Virus record (IMG/VR): IMGVR_UViG_3300037189_002988
Coordinates: 1-64,000 of that record
Strand: one strand, 5' to 3'
DNA length: 64,000 nucleotides
DNA from: a virus
The notes beneath the pieces were generated by a model that saw only the letters and a list, made by a program, of their open reading frames with translations, ran no database searches and was not told the DNA's origin. A program made the position numbers and the translations under genes. Shown in pieces: positions 29,808 to 39,062 of this stretch; the first letter of the stretch is position 1; each line of letters starts with the position of its first letter.

Positions 29808-30553
29808 TGGCAATATCAACAGTTGCAAATACATTACTAAGTAATAATGCAAAATCTAATAGAAGTAATAAATTTGCAAAAGTAACCGCTAGTGGAGGTA
29901 CTGAAACTACTGGTGGTGGATATAAGGTTCATACATTTACTAGTAGTTCTACTTTTAACGTAACAGTTGGTGGACCAGTGGAAGTTTTTGCAATTGGTGG
30001 AGGTGCAGGTGGTGGACACGGACAGTGTGGTACAGGTGGTGGAGCAGGCGGTGTTCAGTTTGTTGCAAATCAACAGTTTATATCAAACTCCTCTTACACA
30101 GTAACAATTGGAAATTTTGGTGGTACAAATAGTGGTGGTGGAAACACAACAATTGTTGGAACAAATGTTTCTATCACGGCAGGTGGTGGAGGTATTCCTA
30201 CAACTGGAACTCCAGATAACTTTACAAACTCTGGTTCACAAGGACACGCTGGTGGTGCAGGTGCTGGTGGAAATACAGCAAGTTTAAGTGGTGGTCCTGG
30301 AAGACTTTATTTAGGAAATCATTATGGTGGTGGCGGTGGAGCAGGTGGAAGAGATGAAGGTGGATGTGAAGGTTTTGCTAGAGCAGGTGGTACTGGTGGC
30401 GGAGGTACAGGAATTAATGGTGATGGAACTGGTGGAAGTGCTAGTGGTCACGGATCAGGTGGCGGCGGTGGCGGTAGAGTAAATCATCAAAATAGAAATA
30501 CTCCAGGTGGAAATGGATCTTCTGGAATTGTAATTTTGAGGTATTTAATATAA
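29807..30553 (+). CDS. Glycine-rich domain protein
   Basis: YKVHTFTSS...GSSGIVILRYLI. Confidence 0.7.
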   Translation: MAISTVANTLLSNNAKSNRSNKFAKVTASGGTETTGGGYKVHTFTSSSTFNVTVGGPVEVFAIGGGAGGGHGQCGTGGGAGGVQFVANQQFISNSSYTVTIGNFGGTNSGGGNTTIVGTNVSITAGGGGIPTTGTPDNFTNSGSQGHAGGAGAGGNTASLSGGPGRLYLGNHYGGGGGAGGRDEGGCEGFARAGGTGGGGTGINGDGTGGSASGHGSGGGGGGRVNHQNRNTPGGNGSSGIVILRYLI

Positions 30554-30870
30554 TGGCTAACTTTGCAGTAATTGATTCAGAAAATATGGTTGTAAATATC
30601 GTAGCATCAGACTATGATTTTATAGAAATTTTAAAACAACAAAACCCAGATCTTAAATATATTGAATATCATGATAATAATCATGCAACTCCTGGGTACC
30701 CATATAATCCAGAAAAAGAAAAGTTTTTATTACCACCATCATATTATTCATGGGTATTAAATGAAGAAAAATGGGAATACGAAGCACCAATTCCAATGCC
30801 AAATGATGGTAAATACTACAGTTGGGACGAAACACAAGTTACTTGGGTTGAAGTAACCCCAGTGGTATAA
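30553..30870 (+). CDS. Putative tail-fibre chaperone
   Basis: MANFAVID...SWVLNE...EAP.PMP.DGK.Y.WDE; paralog of 23274. Confidence 0.6.
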   Translation: MANFAVIDSENMVVNIVASDYDFIEILKQQNPDLKYIEYHDNNHATPGYPYNPEKEKFLLPPSYYSWVLNEEKWEYEAPIPMPNDGKYYSWDETQVTWVEVTPVV

Positions 30871-30886
30871 TTTAAAAGGAGAAACA

Positions 30887-31090
30887 ATGGCAACAATAAA
30901 TGATAGCATAGGGAAATTAGCAAGAGTTTACGACTCTGCAACTGACACTTGGGTTCCTCTAATTGGTGCACCAGCACCACACACACATGATTTATCCAGT
31001 TTAGGATTAGTAATTATAACTAACCCACAAAATGGTCAAGTATTAAAATATAGTTCAAGTGCAAGTGCTTGGACTAATCAAAATCCATAA
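30887..31090 (+). CDS. Small virion protein
   Basis: ARVYDSATDTWVP motif plus NPQNGQVLKY...W; AGGAG SD. Confidence 0.55.
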   Translation: MATINDSIGKLARVYDSATDTWVPLIGAPAPHTHDLSSLGLVIITNPQNGQVLKYSSSASAWTNQNP

Positions 31091-31119
31091 TTGACATAAA
31101 GTCATTACCCTGATATAAT
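31091..31119 (+). promoter_or_regulatory. Consensus sigma70/SigA promoter
   Basis: TTGACA-17 nt-TATAAT with TG extension. Confidence 0.75.
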
Positions 31120-31143
31120 TTATTTAATTAAAGAAAGAGAATA

Positions 31144-32235
31144 ATGTCAAAACCTACCCTTTGTTATTTGACCTACGATTGGTCATGGGGAACTAAACCA
31201 CTACAACCTAATGGCTGTGCATGGTATCGATGCTTTCTTCCAATGGAAGAGTTAAAGAAAAAGGACTGGGAAGTTGGAATGGGATTTCCTGGATTTCACC
31301 CAGAACACGGATTTGGATTATTAATACCTGAATCAAAAGCAGTACATGGTTGGGATATTGTTGTATTAAAACTAATGATGTTAGATAGCATTGTTGAAAA
31401 TATTCCAAAGGCTAAAGAGGCTGGTCAAAAAATAGTTATTGATATTGATGATCATCATGCTGGATTAGAACCAACAAATATGGCCTATATAGCAACAGAT
31501 CCAAAAACTAATCCAAAAAATAATAGAGAGCATTACTTTAAGTCAATGGACTTAGCAGATGCACTTATTACTTCAACTCCATTCCTACATGATTTTTATA
31601 AAAAGAAATATCCAGACAAACCAATATATCTTGTTCGTAATGCTGTAGATCTACAATACTTTGGAATGAGAAAAGATAAGTCTGGAGCATTTCCAACAGT
31701 TGGGTGGGTTGGTGCAACACCTTGGCGTTCAAGTGATTTAGAAACACTTAATCCTTTTGTAGGAGAATTTATTGAAAAGAATAATCTTAGATTCCATCAC
31801 TCTGGATCTATTATTAATGCTCCAACAGTTCAAGAACAAATGGGTATTCCTGTAAAAAGTTTTTCATCTCAACCAATGAAGCCAATATTAACATATAAAG
31901 AACTATTTAATAGAATCGACATCGGACTAGTTCCATTAAATGAGGTTGAGTTTAATCGTGCAAAATCTTTTATTAAAGGACTTGAATACGCTGCTGCTGG
32001 AATACCATTTATTGCAGAGGACATGGAAGAATACTCACATCTTTATAATGAATACGGAATAGGCAGGGTAGCAAAAACAAAAGACCAATGGCTATCTCAT
32101 TTAGAAGATTTAAAGAATCCTAAGACAAGAAATATTGAAAGACAAAATAACTATAAATTAATAAAACAATTCCACAGTATGGAAGTAAGAGGGGAAGACT
32201 GGGATAAAGTTTTTAGAGAGATTAGAGAACTTTAG
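31144..32235 (+). CDS. Glycosyltransferase (GT-B fold, GT4-like)
   Basis: GC.WYR..LP, DIDD, VGWVG, DIGLVPL...FN..KS.IK.LEY.AAGIP. Confidence 0.85.
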   Translation: MSKPTLCYLTYDWSWGTKPLQPNGCAWYRCFLPMEELKKKDWEVGMGFPGFHPEHGFGLLIPESKAVHGWDIVVLKLMMLDSIVENIPKAKEAGQKIVIDIDDHHAGLEPTNMAYIATDPKTNPKNNREHYFKSMDLADALITSTPFLHDFYKKKYPDKPIYLVRNAVDLQYFGMRKDKSGAFPTVGWVGATPWRSSDLETLNPFVGEFIEKNNLRFHHSGSIINAPTVQEQMGIPVKSFSSQPMKPILTYKELFNRIDIGLVPLNEVEFNRAKSFIKGLEYAAAGIPFIAEDMEEYSHLYNEYGIGRVAKTKDQWLSHLEDLKNPKTRNIERQNNYKLIKQFHSMEVRGEDWDKVFREIREL

Positions 32236-32741
32236 TACCAACCATGCTGGCTTTTAAAATGCCAAGCATTGCAACCATCACCATAAATTAATTTTACATA
32301 TTTAGCCATAGCATCAATTTGATCATATGGGTTTTTAGTCTTCTTATAATCAACTAAACCCCATGTGCTATTTAAGAATTGACCGATACCAAATGCTGTT
32401 GATCTAGGATTTTGAGCAAGTGGGTTCCAATCACTTTCTTTATCAATAATATTAAAATAACAAGTTTCTTCATTATCTGGAACTATATCTTTTAAATACT
32501 CTTGATAAGCAGCAATTGCCTTATCTGATTTAGGATCTTCAAATCTAGCCTTAGAACGTGCTGCAATGGTGCTAGAAGCCTCTCTAGCGGCCTGTACAGC
32601 CCCTAAAACACTTGAAGTGGTCTGCCCTTCTGGGACGACCACTAACGGTTCTGCGGGGTATTGAATATACGATCTATCCAGTCGATTTGAATATGTTCCA
32701 ATAATAATAAATACCATTAATGCTAATAATACTTTCTTCAT
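32232..32741 (-). CDS. Membrane-anchored/secreted lytic transglycosylase (SLT-like)
   Basis: N-terminal signal/TM; KESDWNPLAQNP.STAFGIGQF catalytic-Glu motif; YG..C.AW...GWY end. Confidence 0.8.
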   Translation of the reverse strand: MKKVLLALMVFIIIGTYSNRLDRSYIQYPAEPLVVVPEGQTTSSVLGAVQAAREASSTIAARSKARFEDPKSDKAIAAYQEYLKDIVPDNEETCYFNIIDKESDWNPLAQNPRSTAFGIGQFLNSTWGLVDYKKTKNPYDQIDAMAKYVKLIYGDGCNAWHFKSQHGWY

Positions 32742-32862
32742 AAGTTACCTCCTTGAAGAAGCCATTTTTAGTTACTATACTAGTATAACCCTTTTATTCC
32801 CGAAAATCAACTTTTTATAAATATTTGTTATATTTGACATTTTTTGTATTATATGATAATAA

Positions 32863-33087
32863 TTATTTACTAGAAGTAAATTTTTTAATAGTATTCTTAA
32901 TAGTGTTTGTAACTTTAATTCCTGGATAAAATACAGAATCACATGTTATGCATTCAAAGTAAACCTGATCTTGAGAGTTAACTCTAGTAACAACAGTATC
33001 ATCTATATCAAAAGGACAGTTTATTTTTCCAACCAATCCCTTATTAACTAAATCATTATAAAATGTTACTTCCTGGACTGATAACAT
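32863..33087 (-). CDS. Small Zn-ribbon protein
   Basis: CP...CxxC pattern. Confidence 0.55.
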   Translation of the reverse strand: MLSVQEVTFYNDLVNKGLVGKINCPFDIDDTVVTRVNSQDQVYFECITCDSVFYPGIKVTNTIKNTIKKFTSSK

Positions 33088-33090
33088 GTA

Positions 33091-33119
33091 TTGACCTTCC
33101 TCATAAACTCGTGTAGAAT
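33091..33119 (+). promoter_or_regulatory. Sigma70-type promoter for nrdJ
   Basis: TTGACC-17 nt-TAGAAT. Confidence 0.55.
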
Positions 33120-33162
33120 ACTATTATCCCATAAAATCAAAAACTAGGAGTTGTATTTATTT

Positions 33163-35103
33163 ATGTCATTTATTAACGAAAACGGATCAATTACAGATCC
33201 ATATAAGAATTTTATTCATATCTCAAGATATGCAAGGTGGGTTGAAGACAAAGGTCGTAGAGAAACTTGGGTTGAAACCGTAGATCGCTATATCAACTTT
33301 ATGAAAGACTTTTTAATATTAAATTATGGCTATAGCCCAAATGCAAAAATATTTGATGAAGTAAAAGACGCAATCTTAAATCATAGAATCATGCCTTCAA
33401 TGAGAGCATTGATGACAGCAGGTCCAGCATTAGAACGCGATCATATTGCAGCATATAATTGTTCATTTATTGCAGTTGACAGTCTACGTGCATTTGACGA
33501 AGCAATGTACGTTCTAATGAATGGAACAGGTGTTGGATTCAGTGTTGAATCAAAGTACACAGATGAACTTCCAGTTATTGCAGAATCATTTAATAAAACA
33601 GAAACTACCATTGTGGTAGAAGATTCTAAACTTGGATGGGCAAAAGCATTTAAAGAATTAATTGCACTATTGTCACAAGGACAAGTTCCTCAATGGGATA
33701 TGTCAAAGGTTCGTCCAGCAGGTGCAAGATTAAAAACTTTTGGTGGACGTGCATCTGGTCCAGGACCACTTAGCATTCTATTTACATTTACGGTAGACAC
33801 ATTTAAAAATGCTGCTGGTCGTAGATTAAAGCCAGTAGAAGCACATGACTTAATGTGTAAGGTAGGTGAAGTTGTAGTAGTAGGTGGAGTACGCCGTTCT
33901 GCTTTGATATCACTATCAAACCTTGATGATTTTGAAATGGCAAAGGCAAAGAGTGGACAATGGTGGGAAACTCAACCACAACGTGCCTTAGCAAATAACT
34001 CAGCAGTTTATAACGCTAAGCCAAATACTGCTCAATTCTTACGTGAGTGGAGAAATCTTTACGAATCAAAATCTGGTGAAAGAGGAATTTACAATATAGG
34101 ATCAGTTCGCAAACATGTTGAATCATTCGGAAGAAGAGATGCATCTTTGGTATCTGGAACCAATCCATGTGGAGAAATCATCCTTCGTCCAAATGAATTT
34201 TGCAATTTAACAGAAGTTGTTATTTCAGCAGACGATACAAGAGAAGACCTTTTAGAAAAAGTTAGATTAGCCACAATTCTTGGAACATGGCAATCAACAC
34301 TAACTAACTTTAAATACCTCCGTAAAACATGGAAAGATAATTGCGAAGAAGAAAGATTGCTTGGCGTATCTTTAACAGGAATTTATGGAAACAAAATAAC
34401 TTCAACTGCAGGAAAAGCATTAGAACAGTTGTTGACTGACATGAGGTTAGAATCAGTTAGGGTAAATGAACATGAAGCAAAGAAACTAAACATTAATCCA
34501 TCTGTATCTATTACATGTGTTAAGCCTTCTGGCACTGTAAGTCAACTGGTCGGGGTATCAAGTGGTATTCATCCATGGTATTCAGAATATTACTTAAGAA
34601 GTGTTCGTGGAGATAATAAAGATCCATTAACACAATTTTTAAAAGATTCAGGAGTTGCATACGAACCTGATTTTATGAAGCCAGAAGAAACTACAGTATT
34701 TTATTTTCCTCAAAAGGCTCCAAAGAATGCAACTGTAACAAAAGATTTAACAGCCATAGATCATCTAGAAATGTGGAAGACATACAGAACTTATTGGACA
34801 GAACATAACCCTAGCGTTACTATCAATGTTCATGAAGATGAATGGCTAAAGGTTGGTGCATGGGTTTTTGATAACTTTGATTCAATTGGTGGTGTATCTT
34901 TCTTACCAGCGAGTGAACATACTTATAAGCAAGCCCCATATCAAGAAATTTCTAAAGATGAATATGAAGAGTGGGTAAAGAAATCACCTTCAAATATTCA
35001 ATGGGAAATGCTTTCTATCTACGAAAAAGAGGACGGCACAACTGGAACACAGGAACTTTCATGTGTTGCTGGGGTATGCGAAATAGTTGATATTACTAAA
35101 TAG
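33163..35103 (+). CDS. nrdJ: Class II (B12-dependent) ribonucleotide reductase, monomeric RTPR type
   Basis: PSMR, YNCSF, GTGVGF, GGVRRSA, TNPCGEI, CNL, VKPSGT and C-terminal CxxxxC. ATG 33163 is preferred over TTG 33151. Confidence 0.92.
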   Translation: MSFINENGSITDPYKNFIHISRYARWVEDKGRRETWVETVDRYINFMKDFLILNYGYSPNAKIFDEVKDAILNHRIMPSMRALMTAGPALERDHIAAYNCSFIAVDSLRAFDEAMYVLMNGTGVGFSVESKYTDELPVIAESFNKTETTIVVEDSKLGWAKAFKELIALLSQGQVPQWDMSKVRPAGARLKTFGGRASGPGPLSILFTFTVDTFKNAAGRRLKPVEAHDLMCKVGEVVVVGGVRRSALISLSNLDDFEMAKAKSGQWWETQPQRALANNSAVYNAKPNTAQFLREWRNLYESKSGERGIYNIGSVRKHVESFGRRDASLVSGTNPCGEIILRPNEFCNLTEVVISADDTREDLLEKVRLATILGTWQSTLTNFKYLRKTWKDNCEEERLLGVSLTGIYGNKITSTAGKALEQLLTDMRLESVRVNEHEAKKLNINPSVSITCVKPSGTVSQLVGVSSGIHPWYSEYYLRSVRGDNKDPLTQFLKDSGVAYEPDFMKPEETTVFYFPQKAPKNATVTKDLTAIDHLEMWKTYRTYWTEHNPSVTINVHEDEWLKVGAWVFDNFDSIGGVSFLPASEHTYKQAPYQEISKDEYEEWVKKSPSNIQWEMLSIYEKEDGTTGTQELSCVAGVCEIVDITK

Positions 35104-35132
35104 CAACGTGCTAAAATAGATTAGAGGTTGCT

Positions 35133-38100
35133 ATGTCTCATAATTTCTCAAATATTTACGCTGCTAGGGTATTCGCAGAACACCCATTAGCCCTTTGGTC
35201 ACTAGACGATGAAATCTACTACGTTTCAACTTTAGATGAAAATTATAAAGATGTTGAAAATTGGTTGATCGAAGGCTCAAATGCTCAATGGTTAAACTCA
35301 TACTCTACTCCAACAAACATACCTCTAAAGAATGAATCAAAAGGGGTATTAAGAAAAAACTCTAGTGCCAGTGTTACATATAGCAAAATCAACTCTGCAT
35401 CAATAGCATACTCATCACTTGATTCAACCAAAGATACAATTTGTATATCTGCCTTTGTATACCCATATAGTGCTCTTGTTGATAGTTATGAATTAGGATT
35501 TATATATTCAAATGGAACTACTAGCAAGAGTAGTCTAAATTCTATTGGATCATCAGAATGGCAAATAATTCAACATACATCTACGATTCCTGTAGGTGCA
35601 TCGGCTATGCCATATTTAAAGGTTAACTATATAGAAGGTGGATCTTTATCTGACTATGACGTTATGATAAATTCAATCTCAGTTGGACAATGGTCAGAAT
35701 TATTTTTATACGATAGTTCTGGAATAGTTCCTACTGCACTAACAGATGTCTCATTAGAATCTTTAGTTCCAAGAACAGACTACTCTGTAGTTTCTGTAGA
35801 CTCATATGGATTTAACGATAGTGATAATGGATATGTATTTATAGATAACGACAAACTTCTTTCTTATAACACTAGCCTTCCAATGGTATTTGGATCAGGA
35901 AATCTTACAGAAATATTAAGTCCAATAACACCAGGTATGCCATCACTTGCAATTCCTGGAAAAGGATTTTTAAATAAGACTGGTCAATATAGCGAAATGA
36001 CTATGGAGTTTTGGCTAAGAGTAAACCCTAACGTATTTGAAGAAGTAAAAATATTTGGGCCACTTGCTTCAGATGATGGACTGTATGTTGATGACGACTA
36101 TCTAACTTTAAAAATTGGAAGATATACAAAATCATATTTTATAGGTAAGTGGTATAGACCTATGCTAGTTCATATAAGATACTCACAAGATTTTGCTAGT
36201 GTACTAATCAATGGAGATGTTGTAATTGAAATAGAACTAGATAGTTTGCTAATTGACTTTCCACCAAACAATGTTGATTGGCTAGGATTTTTTGGTAATG
36301 AAAATATTTATCCTTTCCAACTAGATTGTATAGCAATATATCCATACATAGTTCCAGATCAACTAGCAAAGAAAAGATTTATCTTTGGCCAAGCAGTTCC
36401 AAATGCTGAGGCAGTAACAAATAATTTCGGAGGAGAATCTTCATACATTGATTTTCCATTTGCACAATATACATCAACAATAAACTATCCAGATATGAAT
36501 GCTTGGAACTCTGGATATTTTAATAATCTAAATGCCAACTCAAAATATATAGGTTTTCAAAATTATGATCTTCCAGAGTTTAGATTTAGTGGTCAAACAG
36601 GAATTTTTACAACTTCGGTAGATATACGTGATTGGTCAGAGTTTGAACAAAAGAACTGGTTAGAATGGCTTTCATATTCTTGGCTAGGAATACAAACAGA
36701 AGAAGCATCAGACATCCTTACTGATAATTTCTTAAAACAAGTAGAGGGAGAATATCCATTTATTAAGATGAGGCCGAATGACGCATACAATAACGTAGAT
36801 GGGTCTATAGAGTTTGATTCAATAAATCCAATAACTGACAGAGTAGCATCTGTTTACGCAGTATTTCAAGCACCACCAATATTATCAGCAAGTTCTCAAG
36901 TAATCATGCACTTTAAGAACTCTATCAATAATAATACTTTTGAAGTAACCCTTGACAACTCTGGACTAAAGTACGCCTATAACGATATAGTATTATCAAC
37001 AGCATCAGTCGCAGCAAGTGCTAACTTTGCAGTAGGTATAGACATAGATAAACTTTCAATTAATTATGGAAATGTATTAGGAAACTTTTTTTCAAGTCCT
37101 CAAAATATATCATTAAGTTTGATGGGCTATGCAAATTCAACATTCCTAGGAAAGTTCTTTAATATAACCTTTAACAATAGTTTCTTTAATCAAAAGGACA
37201 TGTCTTCAATTTTTAATGAACAAGGGTTTGCCAGCACTACAGTAACTAACCAATCTTTTGAATACACAGGAAATTATACGCTAAAGCCTCTGCTTGGCCC
37301 ATCATCTATGACTCTTGATATATGTTCTGCTGGGTATTGGGAAGATTCAATACCACTTTCATACTTTGGTAAGTTAGTTAAAAGCAAGGGTGGATTAGAA
37401 TATTATGATCTAGATATGATTCAATTTAATATAGAATACCCATCTCAGGTATTAACAAATCCTTCATCTAGTGCAAATTATCATAATCATGATAACCTAA
37501 AGTCATATATAACTCTTCAAAGTTTTGATGAGGTAGGAAAAGTTTCATATTCTAAATATATTAATACTCAAGAACTAACAAACAACAGAGTGCTTGATTT
37601 TGATAATACAACAGACGTTATTGAGACAAAGTTTGAAGTAGCAGATGGAACAGTTATTTTTCCACCAAAAGAGTTAGTTGACTTTTCAAACTACTACATA
37701 ACTATCCATCTAGAACTAAAAGTTCAGGGGGTAAATTCAAAGCCACTACAAATTAAAAGAATGAGCCTATCTTCACTGGCTAATGATGAAAGTGATTTCT
37801 TCTCTATTAATACAAGAACTGGTAACAAAATATATCCTGTTTCAAGATACGACAGGGCATACTCTTATAAAGATAAAAACCCATTTACTATTTATAAAGA
37901 CTCTACACCATATCTATATTTAACAGGAGACTCTGGAATATCAATACTTCCTTATACTTCACAGAGCACCAGAGCCTTTTCTATACCTATAAATAATAAG
38001 AAGGTATCATCCTTTTCCCTTGGCGGTTTTCAATTATGGTGTATGTACAATGAAGATGCTATTGTAGGATCTGTTAAAAAGGTAGGAAGAGTCTCAACTC

Positions 38101-38678
38101 CAGATAGAACCTATGACATATATCTTGACCCAATTGATAATGGAAAACGTGCATTACTAAAAGTATTTGATGCCGAAACAGGTTTTGAAGACGATGCTTT
38201 AACTTTTTATCAAAACGGTGTAAAGATAAATCATCCAGTTATATATCCAATGGTATGGTCATCTATAGTATTCTCATTTGGAGAAACTATCTTACTAGAC
38301 GGTGTGTCTGGCCAACTAGAACTGTATCAGGGATTTTTATACAACAACATTACTGTATATCAAAAATCAACAGAAATTTTAGGTCAAAGAACAGATGCAA
38401 GAACATGGCAAGAGGTTAGAGCATCAGAAGCAATTATCGGAGAAGAAATTGTTACAATCCAACTACAATGGGAAGACTGGAGCCCAACACAGTGGGGAAT
38501 TGTTTATGCACCAACTACTTCTATTACATTTACAATAGATGGTCAAAGCATTATGGGTTCATACTTAGGAACCTCTAGTATAGTTTCTGATGATTCTTCA
38601 GTAATAGAGTTAAATTCAGATGGTGTAGATATAATTTCTGACGTTACATGGGACACAACTCTTGTCAAACCAGTATAA
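35133..38678 (+). CDS. Large virion structural protein (lectin/LamG-like segment)
   Basis: EHPLALWSLDD, T.EFWLR beta-sandwich motif, Trp-rich repeats. Confidence 0.55.
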   Translation: MSHNFSNIYAARVFAEHPLALWSLDDEIYYVSTLDENYKDVENWLIEGSNAQWLNSYSTPTNIPLKNESKGVLRKNSSASVTYSKINSASIAYSSLDSTKDTICISAFVYPYSALVDSYELGFIYSNGTTSKSSLNSIGSSEWQIIQHTSTIPVGASAMPYLKVNYIEGGSLSDYDVMINSISVGQWSELFLYDSSGIVPTALTDVSLESLVPRTDYSVVSVDSYGFNDSDNGYVFIDNDKLLSYNTSLPMVFGSGNLTEILSPITPGMPSLAIPGKGFLNKTGQYSEMTMEFWLRVNPNVFEEVKIFGPLASDDGLYVDDDYLTLKIGRYTKSYFIGKWYRPMLVHIRYSQDFASVLINGDVVIEIELDSLLIDFPPNNVDWLGFFGNENIYPFQLDCIAIYPYIVPDQLAKKRFIFGQAVPNAEAVTNNFGGESSYIDFPFAQYTSTINYPDMNAWNSGYFNNLNANSKYIGFQNYDLPEFRFSGQTGIFTTSVDIRDWSEFEQKNWLEWLSYSWLGIQTEEASDILTDNFLKQVEGEYPFIKMRPNDAYNNVDGSIEFDSINPITDRVASVYAVFQAPPILSASSQVIMHFKNSINNNTFEVTLDNSGLKYAYNDIVLSTASVAASANFAVGIDIDKLSINYGNVLGNFFSSPQNISLSLMGYANSTFLGKFFNITFNNSFFNQKDMSSIFNEQGFASTTVTNQSFEYTGNYTLKPLLGPSSMTLDICSAGYWEDSIPLSYFGKLVKSKGGLEYYDLDMIQFNIEYPSQVLTNPSSSANYHNHDNLKSYITLQSFDEVGKVSYSKYINTQELTNNRVLDFDNTTDVIETKFEVADGTVIFPPKELVDFSNYYITIHLELKVQGVNSKPLQIKRMSLSSLANDESDFFSINTRTGNKIYPVSRYDRAYSYKDKNPFTIYKDSTPYLYLTGDSGISILPYTSQSTRAFSIPINNKKVSSFSLGGFQLWCMYNEDAIVGSVKKVGRVSTPDRTYDIYLDPIDNGKRALLKVFDAETGFEDDALTFYQNGVKINHPVIYPMVWSSIVFSFGETILLDGVSGQLELYQGFLYNNITVYQKSTEILGQRTDARTWQEVRASEAIIGEEIVTIQLQWEDWSPTQWGIVYAPTTSITFTIDGQSIMGSYLGTSSIVSDDSSVIELNSDGVDIISDVTWDTTLVKPV

Positions 38679-38696
38679 TATGGTATACTTGTTGAC

Positions 38697-39062
38697 ATGA
38701 ATCCAAAAAAACTTAAGAATAATGGCAAGCCTAAGATCACATTAGTAGAAAAAAAATCAGACTGGGGCATCTATGTATGGATGTGTGACCTAGATAACAA
38801 ACCTTTCGGAGATGGTAACGGAAATATTATGAATATTCCTGGCCGTCCATATGATTTAGAAAAAATGGCTAAGATCAGACAAGCAGCAGAACACTATGGT
38901 GCACCTGCAGGAAAGGTTCAGTTCATGGCTGGCGTAAATAGAGTTACAGATGAAGAACACTCTGAACAAATAGAAAGAATGAAATCAGGACTAATTCCAA
39001 GCGAAACAGATATTGGTGCTTGGATGGCGGCAGAAAAGGGATTCAATAAATATGGAAGATGA
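38697..39062 (+). CDS. Hypothetical protein upstream of portal
   Basis: Leaderless TGG-TATACT-N7-ATG start. Confidence 0.6.
   Translation: MNPKKLKNNGKPKITLVEKKSDWGIYVWMCDLDNKPFGDGNGNIMNIPGRPYDLEKMAKIRQAAEHYGAPAGKVQFMAGVNRVTDEEHSEQIERMKSGLIPSETDIGAWMAAEKGFNKYGR

Noticed and set aside
10214-30553. Diversity-generating retroelement or invertible tip cassette
   Set aside because: No reverse transcriptase or invertase in the window, and no near-identical template/variable repeat pair or inverted repeats seen. All tips are co-oriented and broadly diverged.
10214-30553. Frequent GCTGGTGG (E. coli Chi) octamers
   Set aside because: Explained by Ala-Gly-Gly codons; the host is unlikely to be enterobacterial.
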